From the NCBI GenBank assembly GCA_002438785.1, contig DJQS01000008.1, positions 2,735 through 66,734 on the forward strand: DNA of 64,000 bases, given 5' to 3'. Source of the stretch: Bacillales bacterium UBA6380. GTDB lineage: Bacteria > Bacillota_I > Bacilli_A > RFN20 > CAG-826. Position numbers and translations under genes: made by a program. This document shows positions 59,680 through 64,000 of this stretch, one piece after another (within the stretch, counting starts at the first letter, position 1; each line of letters opens with the position of its first letter). The notes below the pieces were generated by a model that ran no database searches, was not told where the DNA came from, and was given only the letters and a program-made list of their open reading frames with translations.

Positions 59680-62302
59680 GATTAACGAAAATGTATTAAA
59701 AGATGTCGATGCTTTAGTTAAAAAAGGATTAGTAGCATTAGATGAATTTAGAGAATTAAATCAAGAGCAAGTTGATTATATCGTTGCTAAAGTGAGCGTA
59801 TCAGTTCTTGATCATCATGAATATTTAGCAAGACTTGCAATTGAAGAAACAGGTAGAGGTGTTTTTGAAGATAAATGTACTAAAAATTTATTTGCATGTG
59901 AATATGTCACTAATGCAATGAGACATTTAAAAACTTGTGGAATTATAAGCGATGATCCAGTTACAGGAATTACTGAAATAGCTGATCCATTAGGTGTTAT
60001 TTGTGGTATTACACCAGTTACTAACCCAACTAGTACAGTAATTTTTAAATCTTTGATTTCTTTAAAGACAAGAAATCCTATTATTTTTGCTTTCCATCCT
60101 AATGCTCAAAAATGCTGTGTTAAAACTGCTGAAATTATTAGGGAAGCTGCTATTAAAGCTGGTGCTCCTAAAAATTGTATTCAATGGATTGAAAAACCTT
60201 CTATGGATGCTACAACAGCTTTAATGCAAAATCCAGGAGTTGCTTCTATTTTAGCTACTGGTGGTAATGCAATGGTTAGAGCTGCATATAGTTGTGGTAA
60301 ACCTGCTTTAGGAGTTGGTGCTGGTAACGTTCCTGCTTATGTTGAAAAAACCTGTAATGTTGCTCAAGCTGCAAATGATATTTTAATGTCTAAAGCATTT
60401 GATAATGGTATGGTTTGTGCTAGTGAACAAGCAGCTATTATTGATCAAGAAATTTATGATGATTTTATTTCACATATAAAAAGATATGGCGCTTATCTTT
60501 GTAATAAAGAAGAAAAAGCGATGCTTGAAAAATATATGTTTAGACCAACACCTGATGGAAAAGGAACTGCTTTATTCCCTGGATTAGTCGGACATAGTGC
60601 TTATGATATTGCACATAATGCTGGATTTGAAGTTCCAGAAGAAACACCAATTTTATTAGTTGAATGTAAAGAAGTAAGCATGAAAGAATGTTTAACTCGT
60701 GAAAAATTATCTCCTGTATTAGCTTTAGTAAAAGCAAAAGACACCGCTGATGGATTTAATAAAGCTGAAGCTATGGTTGAACAAGGCGGCTTAGGTCATA
60801 GCGCTTGTATTCATACAGCAAGTAAAGAATTAGCTGATGAATTTGGCAAACGTCTTGAAGCTTGTAGAATCATTTGGAACTCCCCAACAACATTTGGTGG
60901 TATTGGTAATGTTTATAATTCTTTCTTACCTTCTATGACTTTAGGTTGTGGTAGTTATGGCCATAACTCAGTAAGTGGTAATGTTAGTGCTGTTAACTTA
61001 ATAAATATTAAAAGAATTGGTAAGAGGAGAAATAATATGCAATGGTTTAAAGTCCCATCAAAAATATATTTTGAAAGAAATAGTATTCAATATTTAAAAG
61101 ATGCTAAGAATGTAAACAAGGCTTTCATTGTTACTGATAGTTCAATGGTAAAATTAGGCTTCTTACAAAAAGTTATTGATGAATTAAAAGCTAGAAGAAA
61201 TGATGTCACAATTCAATTATTTACTGATGTAGAACCAGATCCAGATATTACAACTGTTAAAAAAGGTTGCGAATTAATGAGAAGCTTTGAACCTGATACA
61301 ATTATTGCTTTAGGTGGTGGTAGCTCAATGGATGCTGCTAAAGGTATGTGGTTATTCTATGAAAATCCAGATGTTAATTTTGATGATTTAAAACAAAAAT
61401 TTATGGATATTCGTAAGAGAGCCTTTAGATATCCTGAACTTGGCAAAAAATCAAAATTAATCTGTATTCCAACAACTAGTGGAACAGGTAGTGAAGTTAC
61501 TCCATTTGCTGTTATTTCAAATCGTGCTGAAAATAAAAAATATCCATTAACTGATTATTCTTTAACTCCTACAATTGCAATTATTGATCCTGAATTTACT
61601 ACTAATTTACCAGCACAAGTTACAGCTGATACTGGGCTTGATGTTTTAACTCATGCTTTAGAAGCTTATGCAAGTGTTTTAGCAAGTGATTATACAGATG
61701 CTTTAGCTCTTCAAGCAGCCCAAATGGTATTTGAATATTTACCAAGATGTGTTAAAAATGGTAAAAACGATTTAGAAGCACGTGAAAAAATGCATAATGC
61801 ATCAACAATGGCTGGAATGGCATTTGCTAATGCTTTCTTAGGTATGTGTCACTCTATGGCTCATAAAGTTGGTGGCATGTTCCATGTTCCTCATGGTAGA
61901 GCAAACGCCATTTTATTACCATATGTTATTAGATATAATGGTCAAATTCCTCAAAAATTATCTACTTGGCCAAAATATAATGTTTATGATGCCGACAAAC
62001 GTTATGCTAAGATTGCTCGTTTACTTGGTTTAAAAGCTAATACTGATGCTGAAGGAGTAGAATCTTTAGCTGAAGCAGTTTATAAATTAGGCTTAGAATG
62101 TGGTGAAAAAATGAATTTTAAAGATCAAGGCATTGATGAAAAAGAATGGCTAAGTAAAGTTGAAGAATTATCATATTTAGCTTACGAGGATCAATGTACT
62201 CCAGCTAATCCACGTATTCCTTTAGTTAAAGATATGCAACAAATTTTAATTGATGCATACTATGATAATTTTATGAAAACTGGTCCAAAAGCTAAAAAAT
62301 AA
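59672..62302 (+). CDS. adhE: bifunctional acetaldehyde-CoA / alcohol dehydrogenase
   Basis: 876 aa. The N-terminal ALDH domain carries 'MVCASEQA' with the catalytic Cys. The C-terminal Fe-ADH domain carries 'GGGSSMDAAKGMW' and 'HSMAHKVGGMFHVPHGRANAI'. Confidence 0.9.
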   Translation: MSEINENVLKDVDALVKKGLVALDEFRELNQEQVDYIVAKVSVSVLDHHEYLARLAIEETGRGVFEDKCTKNLFACEYVTNAMRHLKTCGIISDDPVTGITEIADPLGVICGITPVTNPTSTVIFKSLISLKTRNPIIFAFHPNAQKCCVKTAEIIREAAIKAGAPKNCIQWIEKPSMDATTALMQNPGVASILATGGNAMVRAAYSCGKPALGVGAGNVPAYVEKTCNVAQAANDILMSKAFDNGMVCASEQAAIIDQEIYDDFISHIKRYGAYLCNKEEKAMLEKYMFRPTPDGKGTALFPGLVGHSAYDIAHNAGFEVPEETPILLVECKEVSMKECLTREKLSPVLALVKAKDTADGFNKAEAMVEQGGLGHSACIHTASKELADEFGKRLEACRIIWNSPTTFGGIGNVYNSFLPSMTLGCGSYGHNSVSGNVSAVNLINIKRIGKRRNNMQWFKVPSKIYFERNSIQYLKDAKNVNKAFIVTDSSMVKLGFLQKVIDELKARRNDVTIQLFTDVEPDPDITTVKKGCELMRSFEPDTIIALGGGSSMDAAKGMWLFYENPDVNFDDLKQKFMDIRKRAFRYPELGKKSKLICIPTTSGTGSEVTPFAVISNRAENKKYPLTDYSLTPTIAIIDPEFTTNLPAQVTADTGLDVLTHALEAYASVLASDYTDALALQAAQMVFEYLPRCVKNGKNDLEAREKMHNASTMAGMAFANAFLGMCHSMAHKVGGMFHVPHGRANAILLPYVIRYNGQIPQKLSTWPKYNVYDADKRYAKIARLLGLKANTDAEGVESLAEAVYKLGLECGEKMNFKDQGIDEKEWLSKVEELSYLAYEDQCTPANPRIPLVKDMQQILIDAYYDNFMKTGPKAKK

Positions 62303-62341
62303 TAGGGAATAGCAAGGTTTTAAGTTAAATTAATTGTTTAT

Positions 62342-62376
62342 TTAGACTCGTCAGATTGGCGAGTCTAAATTTTTTA
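62342..62376 (+). terminator. rho-independent terminator after adhE
   Basis: 9-bp perfect stem ttagactcg/cgagtctaa, 9-nt loop, then 'attttttaat'. Confidence 0.7.
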
Positions 62377-62438
62377 ATAAATAGTAATTTATAGAAGTAT
62401 AAAATTAAATGTTATAAAATATTTGAGGAGAAATATAT

Positions 62439-63881
62439 ATGGCAAAATTTGATACAAGAGTCCAAGAATTAAGATATGAGGTAGTTAAGGCTGTTGCTAG
62501 ACATTTATTTAATGATGACTTTAATGAAAAAGTCTTAGATATTCCTAAAGAAATCATTCCTGGTCCTAAGCCAACAATGCGTTGTTGTATTTATAAAGAA
62601 AGAGCAATCGTTGAAGAAAGAATTAAATTAACTATTCATAATTCTTTTGACAATAGTAATGTCATTAATGTTATTCCGATTGCTTGTGATGAATGTCCTT
62701 TAGGTGGATATACCGTTACAGATCAATGTAGAGGTTGCATTGCACATAGATGTTATAATGCATGTCCTAGAAAGTGTATTAGTTTTGATAATAATCTTCG
62801 TGCTCATATCGATAAATCTAAATGTGTTAATTGCGGAATGTGTGCAAGAAACTGCCCATATGAAGCTATTGAAAATAAGGTTAGACCATGTGAAAGAGCT
62901 TGTAAAATGAAAGCAATTTCACCAAGTAATGTTGATAGTAGTGCAACTATAAATTACGATAAGTGTATTCAATGTGGAGCGTGTGTTTATACGTGTCCAT
63001 TTGGAGCAATTGTTGATGAATCATATATTAAACAAGTTATTGATATCATTAAAGGAAGCGAAAATAATACTAAATATCAAGTTTATGCTGTTGTTGCTCC
63101 TTCCATTGGTGCTAATTTTTATGGCTTTAAAACTGGACAAATAATTAGTGCCATTAAAAAGCTTGGTTTTTATCGTGTTGCTGAAGCTGCTTTAGGAGCA
63201 GATATGGTTGCTCTTGAAGAGGCTAGCGAATTGGCTAATAAAGGTATTTTAACTTCTTCATGTTGTCCAGCTTTTGTTACATATATTAAAAAATATTATC
63301 CTACATTAAGTGATAAAGTTAGTCATACATTATCTCCAATGGCTATGATTTCAAAGACATTAAAAGAGCATAAACCAGGTTGTAAAGTTATATTTATTGG
63401 GCCTTGTACAGCTAAAAAACAAGAGGTTAGATGGGAAAGTGTTAGACCTTATGTTGATAGCGTTTTAACATTTGAAGAGTTACAGGCTTTAATTGATGCA
63501 AAAGATATTGATGTTGGAAGTTTAGTAGAATCACATTATGAATATGGAAGCGAATTTGGTAGGGGCTTTGCTAAATGTGGTGGTTTAACTGCTGCTGTTA
63601 ATCAAGCCTTAAAAGAAAAGAAATCCAATTTTATTGCTAAAGGTGTTGTTTGTGATGGAATAGATAATATTAAACTTGTTTTAAATAAATTAAAAGCTGG
63701 AACAGATGAATTTAATTTTATTGAAGGTATGGCGTGTGTTGGTGGTTGTATTGGTGGACCTTGTAATTTAACCCATGAAATGCGTAATAAAATTATGGTT
63801 GATAAATTTTCTAATAGTGCTGAAAGTAAAACTATTAGTGATGCAATTTTAAAAGCAGGAGTTATTGATAAAAATGAATAA
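62439..63881 (+). CDS. [FeFe]-hydrogenase family protein (two 4Fe-4S ferredoxin motifs plus H-cluster domain)
   Basis: 'CVNCGMCARNCP' and 'CIQCGACVYTCP' are the ferredoxin motifs. The H-cluster motifs are L1 'TSSCCPAFV', L2 'GPCTAKKQE' and L3 'EGMACVGGCIGGP'. Confidence 0.75.
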   Translation: MAKFDTRVQELRYEVVKAVARHLFNDDFNEKVLDIPKEIIPGPKPTMRCCIYKERAIVEERIKLTIHNSFDNSNVINVIPIACDECPLGGYTVTDQCRGCIAHRCYNACPRKCISFDNNLRAHIDKSKCVNCGMCARNCPYEAIENKVRPCERACKMKAISPSNVDSSATINYDKCIQCGACVYTCPFGAIVDESYIKQVIDIIKGSENNTKYQVYAVVAPSIGANFYGFKTGQIISAIKKLGFYRVAEAALGADMVALEEASELANKGILTSSCCPAFVTYIKKYYPTLSDKVSHTLSPMAMISKTLKEHKPGCKVIFIGPCTAKKQEVRWESVRPYVDSVLTFEELQALIDAKDIDVGSLVESHYEYGSEFGRGFAKCGGLTAAVNQALKEKKSNFIAKGVVCDGIDNIKLVLNKLKAGTDEFNFIEGMACVGGCIGGPCNLTHEMRNKIMVDKFSNSAESKTISDAILKAGVIDKNE

Positions 63882-64000
63882 GGAATTTAGAGATTTAATT
63901 ACTGATGATGAAAGTTTTGCTGATGTTATATTAATCGGTGTGCCATTTGATAAAAATGCGAGTGTTGGTAAAGGAGCTAGTTTTGCTCCACAAGTTTTAA
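63874..64000 (+). CDS. arginase/agmatinase-family protein (5' fragment, continues beyond the window)
   Basis: The ATG at 63874 overlaps the hydrogenase stop. 'ILIGVPFDKNASVGKGASFAPQ' resembles the N-terminal metal-site region of the ureohydrolase family. Confidence 0.45.
   Translation, partial: MNKEFRDLITDDESFADVILIGVPFDKNASVGKGASFAPQVL

Noticed and set aside
1-64000. Possible UGA=Trp recoding, as in Mycoplasma or Spiroplasma.
   Set aside because: The long conserved proteins (NrdD, AdhE, GltX, P-type ATPase) are uninterrupted under the standard code, and several genes terminate at TGA (for example the Fe-ADH fragment). The standard code is in use.
1-64000. CRISPR arrays, integrases, transposases or a prophage.
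   Set aside because: There are no regularly spaced direct repeats, no recombinase or transposase motifs and no phage structural genes. The tRNA genes are not flanked by att-like duplications.

Overview
This is an AT-rich, gene-dense window (about 95% coding, plus strand dominant). It uses the standard genetic code: long intact ORFs end at TGA/TAA/TAG. There are eight lipoproteins with an L-x-x-C lipobox, and an ABC importer operon that includes a staphylococcal-nuclease-like lipoprotein. This points to a wall-less or low-GC anaerobe that uses the standard code, such as an Acholeplasma-, Anaeroplasma- or Erysipelotrichia-like Bacillota. All protein assignments are from motif recognition by eye; no database search was possible.

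Gene content, 5' to 3':
- A NERD-domain membrane protein plus a polytopic membrane protein.
- tRNA-Gly(GCC) on the minus strand, then gltX.
- A lipoprotein zinc metalloprotease with an HExxH motif.
- A tRNA-Glu-like gene with an unusual CUC anticodon.
- An alkaline-phosphatase-superfamily gene on the minus strand, then a CvpA-like gene.
- Two tandem paralogous membrane proteins that share a conserved C-terminal domain of unknown function.
- A nucleotide cluster of tdk, nrdD and nrdG, with gmk convergent.
- A compact seven-gene locus built around a CpaF/TadA/VirB11-family ATPase, two polytopic membrane proteins and two small pilin-like proteins (a Tad/Flp-like filament or secretion system).
- acpP, then a tRNA-Asn/tRNA-Glu(UUC) operon followed by a 500-bp structured leader.
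- A transporter-like membrane protein, a flavin-reductase-like protein, a C69 dipeptidase, a Gfo/Idh/MocA oxidoreductase and tRNA-Ala(GGC).
- A frameshifted Fe-alcohol dehydrogenase.
- Two RDD-family paralogs.
- A MalK-type ABC ATPase with long coiled-coil insertions, two permeases and two substrate-binding lipoproteins.
- A thermonuclease lipoprotein, an Ig-like surface lipoprotein, a 5'-nucleotidase and further lipoproteins.
- A lipase-like protein, a GH31-like glycosidase, a cold-shock protein, a P-type ATPase and nnr.
- An orphan OmpR-type response regulator.
- A rex-adhE operon followed by an [FeFe]-hydrogenase and the start of an arginase-family gene.

No CRISPR array, integrase, transposase or phage module was seen.
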